This document shows, piece after piece, positions 49,642-62,225 of a DNA stretch of 64,000 bases. The DNA lies in the NCBI GenBank assembly GCA_964016885.1, contig OZ024741.1, forward strand, positions 236,902,001 to 236,966,000. Reading direction: 5' to 3'. The position numbers were made by a program, and so were the translations under genes. Under the pieces are notes generated by a model. The model had not been told where the DNA came from. It ran no database searches and saw nothing but the letters and a program-made list of their open reading frames with translations. Numbering within the stretch: the stretch's first letter is position 1; the number at the start of each line of letters is the position of its first letter. The DNA is from Eledone cirrhosa (lineage: Eukaryota).

Positions 49642-52433
49642 CTGGAATACAACAAGGATAATGTCAACATGAGGTTGGATCCAGAATCCAAGGAAACTGG
49701 TGGTGCTGGTGGTTTGTGTTATCATCATCATCATCATCATCATCACCAACATTTAACATACGTTTCCCTAGCTAGCAAGGATTGAATATGTTGTCACAGA
49801 ATGATCAATACTCAAGCTGAGACATTGACATCCAGATGGACCAAAGGCATGCATCCAGTTTACATATATTCCCATACACTATAGATTACACTGATGGGCC
49901 GGGGAGTCAACATATGATCCAGTGGTCTATTGAGTGTATTTTATCATTAGTAAATTTTTCATGTCTTTGGCACAACTGAAGAGTTCAAGCAACCCTGTGT
50001 TTTCAGGTTTCTATAGCTGGATGCCCTGCCTATTACCAACCACTTTACAGAGTGTACTGGGTGTGTTTATCATGTAGATCACCAACACTAGAGAGGTTGT
50101 CATGTCTAAGCACAACCGAAGAGTCTTCCTAACCCTATGTTTGGAATGTTTTTTTATGGTTGGATGCCCTTCCTATCACCAACCACTTTACAGATTGTAC
50201 TAGATGCATTTATTGTGTAGATCACCAACACTAAGGAGGTTGCCATGTCAGCAAAAATTAATCCCTAAAACCTCGATCATTGGCTTCTATAATTCCTAGA
50301 GAGACCAAATGTCTAAAATTTTAGATTTTTTTTTCACTCGTCAAAGCAAATTAATTCTCTCTAATTTATTAACAACAACAACAACAGTGTTATTAAAAAG
50401 CCAATTAGCGAGACTCTATGCAATGCCATACCACAATCTTTAAACTCCTCGTTGAGTTGTAGGGGTGCCATCATTATATATGGCATGTCTTGGGTATTTT
50501 AAACCTTGTGGGCCCTCTCCAGGTTGGAATGCATTCCATTTCTTATATAAAATATAAATATAGATACATAAGTGAGAAAGACATATAGAGGAAGAATTAA
50601 ACCCAGTATTGAACTGAACTGGTGCTTTAGTTATTAACCTTAAAAAAATAAAAGGTAAAGTTGACTTTGGCAAGATTTGAACTCAGAGTAACGAATACCG
50701 CAAAGCATTCTTTCTGATGCTCTAATGACCCCACCAATTTGCCACCTTTTGGTGAGTCTTTATATGGTTCACCAAAAAAAGTAGAAATAGAAGGAAAATT
50801 TCCTTTCAGTAATATCTTGTCATCTTGAAAACAGAAGTGGGTATTTGATAATGGAGTCTTAGATACACTCTGTCTGAAACTTAGATGGAATATATTTCAT
50901 CATAGATCTGCTGGATCAGGAGTGACCTGGGGTTAAAAATAACACCAAACAAAGAATGAGATAGATAATGTAGTCTTCGATACACTATGTTCAAATAAAA
51001 GATAAGATGGTTATAGCTGGATTAACTCTGATCATGTCTTGTAGTTGAATATCAACAACACTAACATTAGATAATCTGGTCCTAGATACACTGTCTAAAT
51101 AAATGGATGCAGCATTGCCAAAAAGTTAAGGAGTTTGCTTCACAATCATTAGATCCTGAGTTTCATTCAACTGCATGGTATTTTGGTCAAGTGTCATTGA
51201 CCAAAATATGAGTGAAATTGGGTAGGTAGAAACTGCTTGAAAGCCAGTTGAATAAACTGTACCTATATTTGAAAGGGCCAACCTTGCCATATACTGTGTG
51301 ACCCTGAAGATTACAATATGGGTACACATCTCAGCCACTTACACTTTAATTTCATGAGCAAGCTTTTCTGTTGACTAAACAACTGTAATACTCATCATTA
51401 AAACCAACAGAAGTCCATTCCATATCGGAATAAAAGACAGGATGGTAATGGTTGGAACACTTATAGGTCTGTTGGATCAAGGCAAATCTGGGGCTAACTA
51501 GCAATGTTAATAATACTAATATACTAGAGTTACTGTATTGTTATCCTTTGACCCTTTTGATACCAACCTACCTGAAACTGCTTCTGGTTCTATGAAACAA
51601 AACCACTCATGTTAACCCTTTCATTACCATATATTGCATGAAAGTCACAGTCTATGATTTACAAGTCATTTGAAAATAATCAAGAATTTGGAGGGATTTA
51701 ATAATATAATAAATTTTGCCATTATTAAGCTAGTGTTTGGAACATGACTTAAAGATTCTTATATAAAATTAAGATGAAAGAATTTTAGATAAATATATAC
51801 ACTTTAAAACAGGGGCAGTTTCATTAATTCTCTCTAAATAGGTTACTATTAACCAGTGGGTTTCTCAATAATAATAAATACAAGGCCTTAAATTTAGGGG
51901 AAGAGTAGAGTAAATAAGATCAACCCTATTATTCAAGTGGCACCTTGTATACTCGCATATAAGTCACAACTTTATTTTACACACAACATTTACAATATTT
52001 TCAATTGAGGTTCTGTATATCCAACAGATAAGTTGCATGTTGGTTGTTCATGCTTTTGGTAGAGAACCGTGGAACTGATACACAAGTATATACAGTACTT
52101 TATTTTAGTGACCCAGGAGTGAATGTTAGCAAAATTTGAACTCAGATGTCTAAATTGCCATGAATTTATAGCTAATACCATCTCACTGAGAATTGGTAAA
52201 GTGTTTTCATAGAAAGATTATGCTCTTTTGTATCCATAAATATATGGTTTCTGTCTGTACCTAGATAAAAATATGTACACCATATTCCTGTGTTTCGTAA
52301 GAGGCAACTAAAAGAGTTGGTGCTAAGAAGGGCATCTGATGATAAAATAGTGTCTCAAAAAGAACCCATTGATTAATATGAAAAATGTCATGGACAAACT
52401 GCTTTAAAATGCTAGGTGTTTGTTGTGTATGCA

Positions 52434-52493
<60 letters not shown>

Positions 52494-53734
52494 TATGTAT
52501 GAATATATATATAGAGAAAGATAGGGGGGGAATGGACCTCAGTTAGTTTCAAGGATGAGTGTTCCAATTGTTCAAGCAGCGGAAGAGCCTGCCCATGCAT
52601 GTGTACACTTGACATACTTTTCAGGGAGATTCAGCGTGAATTACAAACAGTTTCCATCTCCTTAATTTTACACACATGGTCTGGGTTGACTAGAGGCTAC
52701 GGTAAATGGCACATGCTCAAGATTTCATGCAGTGGAATCAAACCCAGGACGTTATGATTGCGAAGTGAACATATTAAACGTTTAGTCATGCAGAAACACC
52801 ATCATCACTTTATATTCATTTTACATGTTGGTATGGACTGAATGGGTCATCATTGTCCAAGACAAGACATGGTTAAATAACCACATCTTGCTTATACATT
52901 TCAGGCACAGGCATGGCTGAGTGATTAAGAAGTTCACTTCACAGCATGTTTTTTATGCTAACCTTGGTTGATAAATACTTTGAGTAAATTTGGTAGATGT
53001 AAACTGTAAGGAAGTCCACTTTATACACATATATATACCTGTCTTTATTTCATATTAATTAATCAGTGATTAGTTTTACAGTCACAAATACCCATCAATA
53101 AATACTGGTATAAGCAGGATTAAGCACTTGACGTCAGTATACGTTTCCTAATATGATATGAGATCATGCAGATCTGTGTATGATGGAGTATTGATATAAT
53201 AATGAAGTAGAAGCCAATGGGTTACCAACTGGATAGTGTAGAATCAACATTGAAAACCATCTGGTAGATATATCACTTAAATACATCACTAAAGGCAAGA
53301 GCTGTCTGATGAAATCGTATCTAAAAGTTTACAATTATGTAACATATGTCATGGAAATATGTATAACAGTTATTACGTAATAAATAAAATATGGTGAAGC
53401 ATATATATAAATGTGTGTGCATGTATGTGTCTTCTTTCTCACAATTGATGTTGCAGCCAGTGATATTTATTAAGTTCCATGTAGAGAGCCTGCTGCCTAG
53501 CAGCTATAATGCAAAGATCATCCATAGCTTATTTTAAAAATAAAGCAAAAAACAAGTGACGATTGATATCAGCATGGGTATTCTGCCATGAGATTCCACT
53601 GTAAAATGTTTGTCCAACCCATGCTAACATTAAAAAACTGATGTAAAACTGATATATAATGATAAATATCTAGTTTTTAATTTTTTTAATGCTATGTTTA
53701 TGTTTTAGTAATTTCTTGATATTTATTAAGTGTT

Positions 53735-53905
53735 TGAATGGCAGACAAAATGTTTTGTAGCATTTAGTTACAGCTCTTCGCATTCTAAGTAAAATCCTGC
53801 TGAGGTCAACTTTGCTTTTCATCTTTCCTGGGTCAATAAAATAAAGTACCAGTCAAGCACTGGGGTTGATTTAGTCGACCTCCCCCTTCCAAAAGTAGAA
53901 ACAAT
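53735..53905 (+). mobile_element. tRNA-SINE copy (13760 family)
   Basis: aactttgcttttcatctttcctgggtcaataaaataaagtaccag. Confidence 0.8.
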
Positions 53906-54365
53906 TTTTTACACTACTGTTTTGTTAAGACTAGGTTGTTGGACTAACATGAGTTAATGGCTGAATGGTTAAGAAGTTTGCTTTATAATCACAAAGTCAT
54001 GGGTTTGGTCCCAATGCGTAACATCATCGGTGTCTTTTACCATAGCATCAGATTTATCAAAGACGTGCATGAAACTGGGTACACATGTTTGTGAATACTC
54101 AACCACTTATGTGTTAATTAAAAATTGTACTGTGCGTACATGGTTTTGAATAGGTACACCGTATCCTTGTGGCATGAGAGGTGACTAAAAGGGCTGGTGC
54201 CAAGAAGGGCATCTGGCAGCAAGATATTGTCTCAAAAAGGACCCAATAATGAGTATAAATGAAGCCTATCATAGGGCCTGCAAGGCTAACCTAACCCCTG
54301 CTTCAGCAGTGAAAATGGCCTCAACTTTTCATGACCATATTTCTAATGGAATATACTATTTAAAT

Positions 54366-54990
54366 TACTGCATATACTCGAATATAAGCTGAGAAATATT
54401 TGACAAAAAACTTGATGGTAAAATGGCAGGTTGGTTTATATTCTAAGTCAATATTTTGCCAATTTTCACCAACTTCAAGTTCTACATAAATAGGGTGGTG
54501 AAATATCTAGAGTGATTATTTTTCAATGGAACACCATTTTTTGACATTTATGTCGTTATTTTATTATTTATGCATTGCCTTGAAAATATTTCCAACAAAT
54601 TTTTATAATTTGAACTTTTTAATACATAAATATCGCACACGCAAGCATACACACATACATGTTTTTCTCTGACTTAATAATACTTTTTCTTTCAATCTTA
54701 TGTAAGATTGAAATTTTGCTACTGATTTGATTTCATTTCTCTCGCTTGCTGTTTCTCCCTCCCTCTTCTACTGTATGAATCCCTATACAAAGTTCTCTTA
54801 TTCGATCTCTTACTTTCAAAGTACTCCCAGCATATGAGTGACCAGAAGTAAACAAAAATTCGAGAAACTTGTTGCAACTTAACATAATAGAAACTAATTA
54901 TATAATGGAATTGTGAAACAAAAACTATATTCTAAATGACACTCAAAACATTTTAAACATCAAAATATTAAAACTTCATAAATATATTTT
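54366..54990. mobile_element. pogo/Tigger-like MITE interrupted by the Helitron at 54991
   Basis: Start tactgcatatactcgaatataagc; shares interior sequence with 17205-17290. Confidence 0.55.
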
Positions 54991-54991
54991 A

Positions 54992-57705
54992 CTAGCTGGC
55001 CCGTCCGGCTGGTGCCCGGCTACCATTGGCATGTTCTACGGCATCCAGATATATAGCTGACGTACCTAGCTTCGCTTGGATAAACAGACGATAAGCCGTC
55101 TGTGAAGTATAGTATTGCTGTTGAATACATATAGTATAGTATTACTGTTGAAAATATATAGTATAGTATTACTGTTGAAAATATATAGTATAGTATAACT
55201 GTTGAAAACATAGTATAGTATTACTGTTGAAAATGTATAGTATAGTATTACCGTTGAAAATATATAGTATAGTATAGTATTACTGTTGAAAACATATAGT
55301 ATAGTATAGTATTACTGTTGAAAATATATAGTATAGTATAGTATTACCATTGAAAATATATAGTATGAGTGTTGAAAACGTATAGTATAGTATTACTGTT
55401 GAAAATATATAGTATTACTGTTGAAAATGTATAGCATAGTATTACTGTTGAAAATATATAGTATAATATTATTGTTGAAAACATAGTATAGTATTACTGT
55501 TGAAAATATATGGTACAGTATTACTGTTGAAAATATATAGTACAGTATTACTGTTGAAAACAGTATAGTATTACTGTTGAAAATATATAGTACAGTATTA
55601 CTGTTGAAAATATATAGTACAGTATTACTGTTGAAAATATATAGTATAGTATAACTGTTGAAAATATATAGTATAGTATCACTGATGAAAATATATAGTA
55701 TAGTATTACTGTTGAAAATATATAGTATAGTATCACTGATGAAAATATATAGTACAGTATTACTGTTGAAAATATATAGTATAGTATAGTATTACTGTTG
55801 AAAATATATAGTATAGTATCACTGTTGAAAATATATAGTACTAGCTGGCCCATCTGGCTGGTGCTCGGCTAGGTATCCCAACATTTTATCTTTTCAGGAA
55901 TCCCCCCTACACTCCAGTGCAAAGATACAGCACGCCCTCTCAAGTCAGTGAGGGGGGGGGGGGGGGTTAACGTGCTCTGATGTTGGGTTTTAATAGTTTT
56001 TAGGATTCCCCATTTAAGCAGCCAGTAATTTAAAGAAAATTGATAGTTACAACAATAAAGGCTGAACAGAGAACAAATTTTTTAACAAACAATAATTTGT
56101 ACAACCATAATGGAAATTCCAAGTAACAGAAAATATTTAAATTACATTGTTAGAGCCTCAGAGTATACAATATTTTTGTTCGGCCCTCCGGAGCAAAGAT
56201 CAAGAGATTGTTTGGCAAGCTCACCCTAGAGCATCCTACATACAACTGACCATGGGAGAATCACTGATTTCGTAGCTCGTCTTGTGGCGAAGCTCTGTAG
56301 ATGTTGACCTCTGGACACTCCTATCAGGAGCAGGTAAGCTGTAGTGACTTAGAGGTCTACCACCAATCTCCAGGACACTGTTTTCAAGACAAATGAAAAC
56401 GACATCGTATGTTACGTTTGGATTGTGTCTGCGTGTGCGGTGGAGGATGTCCTCAGCTAGACTTTCGCGGTGGTTGTTCCACAGTGCAAGAGGGTCGGCG
56501 AAATCGCAGTTGTGCAACATAATAGCAAAAAGTTTTCGCAACTGAAAAGGGACTTTAGAAGTTACTGCTTCTTGCAGGGTGAGGTGCCAATGGCTGCCAT
56601 CGTGTAACATACCAAGCATCTGGCAAGCCAAACGGTAAGTGAAACATTGATGGCCATTGATGGTTGTCATATCTTGGAAAGACTGTGGTCCTCTAACCTC
56701 GAACAATAACAATGATAATAAGCCATCTGTGCTTTCATGAAATAAATAGGTTTTTGTTTTTAAGTATGCAAAAATATTTGTACACGAATATATATATTAA
56801 AATAACAGATTAAAGTTTAAGCAAAGAATCGCTGCTTTCACCCTTAACGGGATCTTCTGAAACTAAAAAAATCCATCTGTGAACGCAGAAGTAAATATTT
56901 CGAAAAACGTTATCTAATGCAGACAGACATACATACAGAGACATATTATAAGGGTGCTACGTTATAGTTATGCAGACTAAAAAAAAGAGGGGAATGTTGT
57001 GCGACGCCATAAGAAAAAGTGAGGAATGACGTATAACCGGAAGTGTTGACATTTGAAATTTTAAAGAAGTGAATATTTAAATAATTGTTTCTATTTTTGG
57101 CACAAGGCCAGCAATTACCCAGTGCATTACTGGTACTTTATTTTATCAACCCCGTAAGGATGAAAGGCAAAGTTAACCTCGGCAGGATTTGAACTCAGAA
57201 TGGCAAGGGCCGTAACTCTATACGTCAAAGCATGGCGTCCGACCCTCTACCTATACTGCCAATCCATCGTCTTTAATCTTTTAACAAAATTCAGTAGACA
57301 AAAATACCCTCACTTTTTTACTTGGAAAAAGTTACATCTATGGTGGAAATTTGGTGCTGTTTGGTCCAGCCGTTTGGCGGAAAGTATGTTACCTACACAC
57401 AGCCGTCAGCTTTATAGTATAGATAGTATTAATGTTGAAAATATATAGTACAGTATTACTGTTGAAAATATATAGTACAGTACAGTATTACTGTTGAAAA
57501 TATATCGTACAGTACAGTATCACTGTTGAAAATATATAGTATAGTATTACTGTTGAAAATATGTACACGAATATATAATTAATTAAAAGTTGGTTAGAAG
57601 CAAAGTCAATGAAGACAGGCAGACATACAGACAGATATTACAAGGGCACGACGTTATAGCTATGTAACTATCTAAAAAGACAGAATAAGAAAGAGAGAGG
57701 AATGT
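54992..57705 (-). mobile_element. Outer non-autonomous Helitron carrying a ~23-30-bp satellite
   Basis: Minus-strand 3' end gccgggcaccagccggacgggccagCTAG|T; satellite tagtatagtattactgttgaaaatata at 55105-55840 and 57424-57562; 57563-57700 resembles the inner copy at 56780-56990. Confidence 0.7.
55841..57423 (-). mobile_element. Inner Helitron, internally deleted, with Rep-Hel fragments and a SINE insertion (57085-57270)
   Basis: 5' A|TCTATACTATAAAG at 57423 and 3' CTAG|T at 55841; ORF 56236-56712 (VRGPQSFQD...ACQMLGMLHD...QLRKLFAIML) and the helicase tail VGCSRV...TKNIVYSEAL. Confidence 0.85.
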
Positions 57706-57929
57706 CATATTATATATAATAAAATACCAGTAATAATAATGTACTGAGATAATTGCTGGCCTTGTGCCAAAAGTAGAAGCAATTATACTTCTTTTTTATA
57801 CAACTGTAAATAACATGTTTATGTATGTATATATACGTATAAAGGAAGGCTGTAATAAAATGTACAAATTAATATGTACAAATTAAAATGTTTATGATAC
57901 TAACATTATATATATATATATATATATAT

Positions 57930-58630
57930 CTTGGTTGTCCATCGTAAACGATGATATCTTCTTTATTGTTGTTCCCGTCTGCTGTGGGCACGAATGTGGC
58001 TGTGGAGGCCGATCCTTGACTTGCAGGTCCGGGGACAGTGGGGGCAGGGGAAGAGACCGGAGTCAGACTGCCAACTCCCAGAGGTTACCTCCACCTGTTA
58101 CATCCGCCTCTTGCCTATCGCCGCAGGGCTTTTGGAGTGCACGCTAAAGAAACCTGTGCGGGAAAGGTTTATAGTGGGAGGCCCAGTGCACAGAGACGGT
58201 CCCACTCACTCGGCCGCAGAAGCCAGAATCCGGTGGTACAGAGGACCTTCACGACCAGGGACTTCCTTGGCTGCAGTGGATGGCCACGACGTCTGTAGTG
58301 CTTTACCATGCCCTAGCGCTCCACACCGCTTGCTGTCACTGCCTTCGTGACCGTTGGGATGATGTTTTCCTCCTCCACTCACTCTGCCGGGTCCAGTCTT
58401 CGCATGCAAGGGCAGGAATCCCCTATCTAACTCACCGGGGTTTCAGACCCGTCCGGCTACCCTCAACTTGGTTCAGCCTGCCAGCCAAGGCAGTTTACCG
58501 GGGTGTGGCCACTGTCGCATGCTACGGCTTCTCTCTACAGGTGAGAGCTGAGTGTCAGGTGGGACCCAATACAGGACGAGCTGTCCTGAAAAGGGCATGG
58601 CTAGCCCCCTCCACCCCTATAGAGGTACAA
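57930..58630 (-). mobile_element. GC-rich bipartite RTE-derived element (structured 5' UTR fused to a 3' end with one C2H2 finger)
   Basis: Minus strand encodes FPCPHCPRTCKSRIGLHSHIRAH*, then atcatcgtttacgatggacaaccaaga(TA)n; no RT in between. Confidence 0.7.
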
Positions 58631-58649
58631 TGCTCTAACCACTAGAGCA

Positions 58650-60080
58650 AGAGCTAGAAAAAGATGACCTACCACTGCAGAACTGTCGATCGCAGTGCTA
58701 GGTCAATGCTGCCATAATGGCTGGGCACCGCAGTGGGGTTCAGCAGAGAATGAGAGAGAAGAAGAATTTGATTCACTTCGTTAATTGCGATAACCATTCA
58801 CTTAATCTAGCTGGTCTTCGTGCAGCCAAAAACGATTCTGCTATGATGAACTTTTTCAGTTGCATTGACTCGTTACTCAACTTTTTTCTCATTCAACACA
58901 ACGATGGGAAGCCCTTAAAGAAGTTGCTCCAGTGGTTGTTAAATATCCTTCCAACACGCGGTGGAGTGCTAGATGTACCGCAGTCAGACTGGTGGCGAAT
59001 TATTTGACGCTGATTGTTCAAGTTCTCGAAAAAATTAGTGATGATGAAACAGAGACATGCGAGAGTAGAAATGATGCCAGTAATCTCCATAATCGGATAC
59101 TGAGTTATGAATTCCTGAACTTGATTGGATTCTGGAACACGATTCTCTCATGAATTGACAGGGCTCAAAAGAGACTTCAAGATCCAAGAATGAATTTTCA
59201 CGATGCTGCAGCTGATATAGGAGCCCTTCAACTTTATTTTAAAGAAGAAGGAACCTTCTTAATCCATGAGTCTCTTGAAATGGGCTTCGACCTCTGCCAG
59301 AAATGGAATGGCGATTTTCCGAGGAGGCGAGGAAGACGACAAACCAATACCGAAATTACTGAGGACGTCGAGGTGGCTGTCAGAAAAGAGATAGAGAGAG
59401 CAATGCAAAGTTCACTCAATCGTCTTCAAACAGAAATAGAAGAACGGTTTATCCGACTTAAGGAAACCGACTCGTTTTTGCTTTCTTCTTGATGTCAACT
59501 ATCTGTTTTATTTGGCTGCTCCTGATAACCTTGTCCTTAAACAAAGGTGCAACAGTCTTGCGGAACTATACAACTCCGACATCGACGGAGAGCAATTGTA
59601 TGAGGAAATCTTGGACTGCCGATCTTTGCTGGCTACTAGGACAGCTGACCCAATTTTAAAGCCGGAGGCACTTCTCCAATTCATCATACAATATGGCGAT
59701 GAATGTGTTTTTCCCAATTTGCGAATCAGCATTCAAATAATGTTGACGATTTCTATTTCAATTGCCAGTTATGAGAGGTCGTTCAGCAAGCTTAAGCTAA
59801 TACATTCGTATTTGCGAACCTCAATGGGCCAAAAACGGCTGACTGACCTCGCCCTTTTGAGTGTAGAAATCGAAGAGTTTGAACGAACTGATTTCGAGGA
59901 AATTATCAATCAGTTTGCCTCATTAAAAGCCCGAAAAATCAAATTGTAACCGGTTTTTGTTTTTTTATTATAAATTCTACCGCAATTTTGTCTTTGTGGA
60001 TCTTGACTTTTTGATTGGAGGAGGGGGGGGGGGGCAATTTTGATGCTTACCCTGGGCGCCGTTTACCCTAGCTACACCAC
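58650..60080 (+). mobile_element. hAT DNA transposon, 3' half (ZMYM1-like transposase pseudogene)
   Basis: NAAIMAGHRSGVQQR, CDNHSLNL, TRWSAR and the hATC dimerisation motif ERSFSKLKLIHSYLRTSMGQKRLTDLALLSVE; TIR-like end ccctagctacaccac. Confidence 0.9.
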
Positions 60081-60094
60081 ATATATATGACTAC

Positions 60095-62225
60095 TAAATG
60101 AGGAGAATAAATGGGAAAAAGATAGTCTCCCCAAATCAATCCAATAGAGGGACCAGCAGTGCAAGTTGAAGGTAATATAATAAGTAAGGCAATCAAAGAT
60201 ATGAAGACAAGCAAGGCAGCTGGGCCTTTGGAGATAGTTGCTGAGATGTTGAAAGCATCTGGAATGGTAGGACACACTATGGTCACCCGGATAGTGAACC
60301 AAGTAATACAGAATGGGACCATACCAAATGACTGGCGTAGCAGCATCATTAACTGCTACAAGGGTAAAGGAGATGCCCTAGATAGGGGAAACTATAGAGG
60401 CATTAAATTGATTGACCAGGTCATGAAGGTCACAGAAAGAGTTATAGCGCAACTAATCAGAGAGCGAATTGATCTAGATGAAATGCAGTTTGAGTTTGTG
60501 TCAGGTAAAAGTACCACAGACGCTCTTTTCCTTGTACGACAACTACGAGAGAAGTACCTAGCTAAAAGTAAACCCCTATACTTAGCTTTTGTTGACTTGG
60601 AGAAAGCCTTTGACAGTCCCCTGCTCCATTATCTGGTGGGCTCTTAGAAAACTAGGTGTTGATGAATGGCTTGTGAGAGCTATACAAGCCATGTATAAAG
60701 AAACAGTCAGTAAGGTTAGAATTAACAATGAATATAGTGAAGAATTTAGTGTAAAAGTTGGTGTTCATCAAGACTCTGTTCTTAGCCCCCTCCTATTTAT
60801 TATTGCCCTTCATGCTATAACAGAGGAGTTCAAGACCAGCTACCCATGGGAACTTCTATACACAGATGATCTAACTCTCATAGCTGAATCAATGGTTGAA
60901 CTAGAGAAGAAATTCCAAACATGGAAGCATGGCCTAGAATCAAAAGGCCTTAAAGTTAACTTGTCTAAGACTAAAGTTCTAGTTTGTAGAAAGGAAAATA
61001 GGGTACAGGTACCCTCTGGCAAAAGGCCATGCTCAGTGTGTAGGAAAGGAGTAGGCAGAAATTCCATATTATGTCCCAAATGCAAACTATGGGTACATAA
61101 AAGATGTAGTGGGATCACAGGTAAGCTATCTAAGAACGTGGATTTTATATGTGGCCGATGCTCAAGTGCAATAAGTAGCAAGTGCCCACAGGATACTAGC
61201 TCCTTCTATTGCCCAGATGGTTCTATAGAAATAGTGGACACCTTCCGTTACCTGGGTGACAAAATCAGCAGTGGTGGAGGGTGCTCTGAAAGTACAGTAG
61301 TCAGAGTCAGAACGGGATGGAAAAAGTTCAGAGAGCTTATACCACTATTGACCACTAAAGGTTTCTCTCTAAAAATGAAAGGCAGATTGTATGATGCCTG
61401 CATACGAACAGTAATGTTACATGGCAGTGAGACATAGGTTTGTGTGCAGAGGATCTGCGCAGACTGGAGAGGAACGAAGCATTCATACTCCGTTGGATGT
61501 GTAATAGTAATATACGCAAACGGCAAAGCATAAATGAACTAAGTGAGAAATTAGGAATAAGAGGGATCAGATGCGGTTTACTCGAAAGAAGACTACGTTG
61601 GTATGGTCACGTGATGCGCATGAAAGACGACAGTTGTATAAAAAAGTGTAGGGCGATCAAAATTGATGCAAGTTATGGAGTAGGTAGACCCAGAAAAACC
61701 TGGAAGATTTGATAAATTCCGACCTCACACACTTACACTTCTCTAAGACAATGTCACTGGACCGAGAGCTTTGGTGCTACGCAGTAATACAGAAGACCCG
61801 CCTTGCCTATGTACAAAGCGAAACCTACAGTCAGTAGGCACCTCCTAACCAAATATATACCCCATCCCACTACTCCTACTCCACCCTACCCCCACTCCCA
61901 CCAACACCACCCTTTCTCTGTAAAGTTATGTTGGTACCACAACATCCAGTCCAAAATAAATGAGGTCGTGTAGGTGTCACAACAAAAAAACACAGTCTAC
62001 GCCGTAATGTGGCCGTGTAGGTAACACGGTAAAAACCTTCCGGTTCCACACTGTAAACGTGGTTGGTGTTAGGAAGGGCATCCAGACGTAGAAAACCTGC
62101 CAGACAGCCCTATACGTGCGAGACATGGTCACCCGACCAACCTTGCCTCAAGTAGGACAAATTCCCGTCTAAACCCATGCTAGCGTGGAAGATAGATGTT
62201 AAACGCTGATGATGATGATGATGAA
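60095..62225 (+). mobile_element. RTE LINE, 5'-truncated, few disablements, with 3' UTR and (GAT)n tail
   Basis: ORFs 60159-60647, 60589-61437 and 61440-61712 give RT motifs (YKGKGDALDRGNYRGIKL, FVDLEKAFD, LYTDDL, RRLRWYGHVMR); tail aaacgctgatgatgatg. Confidence 0.95.

Noticed and set aside
58717-59949. Host ZMYM1-like gene
   Set aside because: Multiple stops and frameshifts plus a terminal TIR-like end indicate a dead hAT transposon
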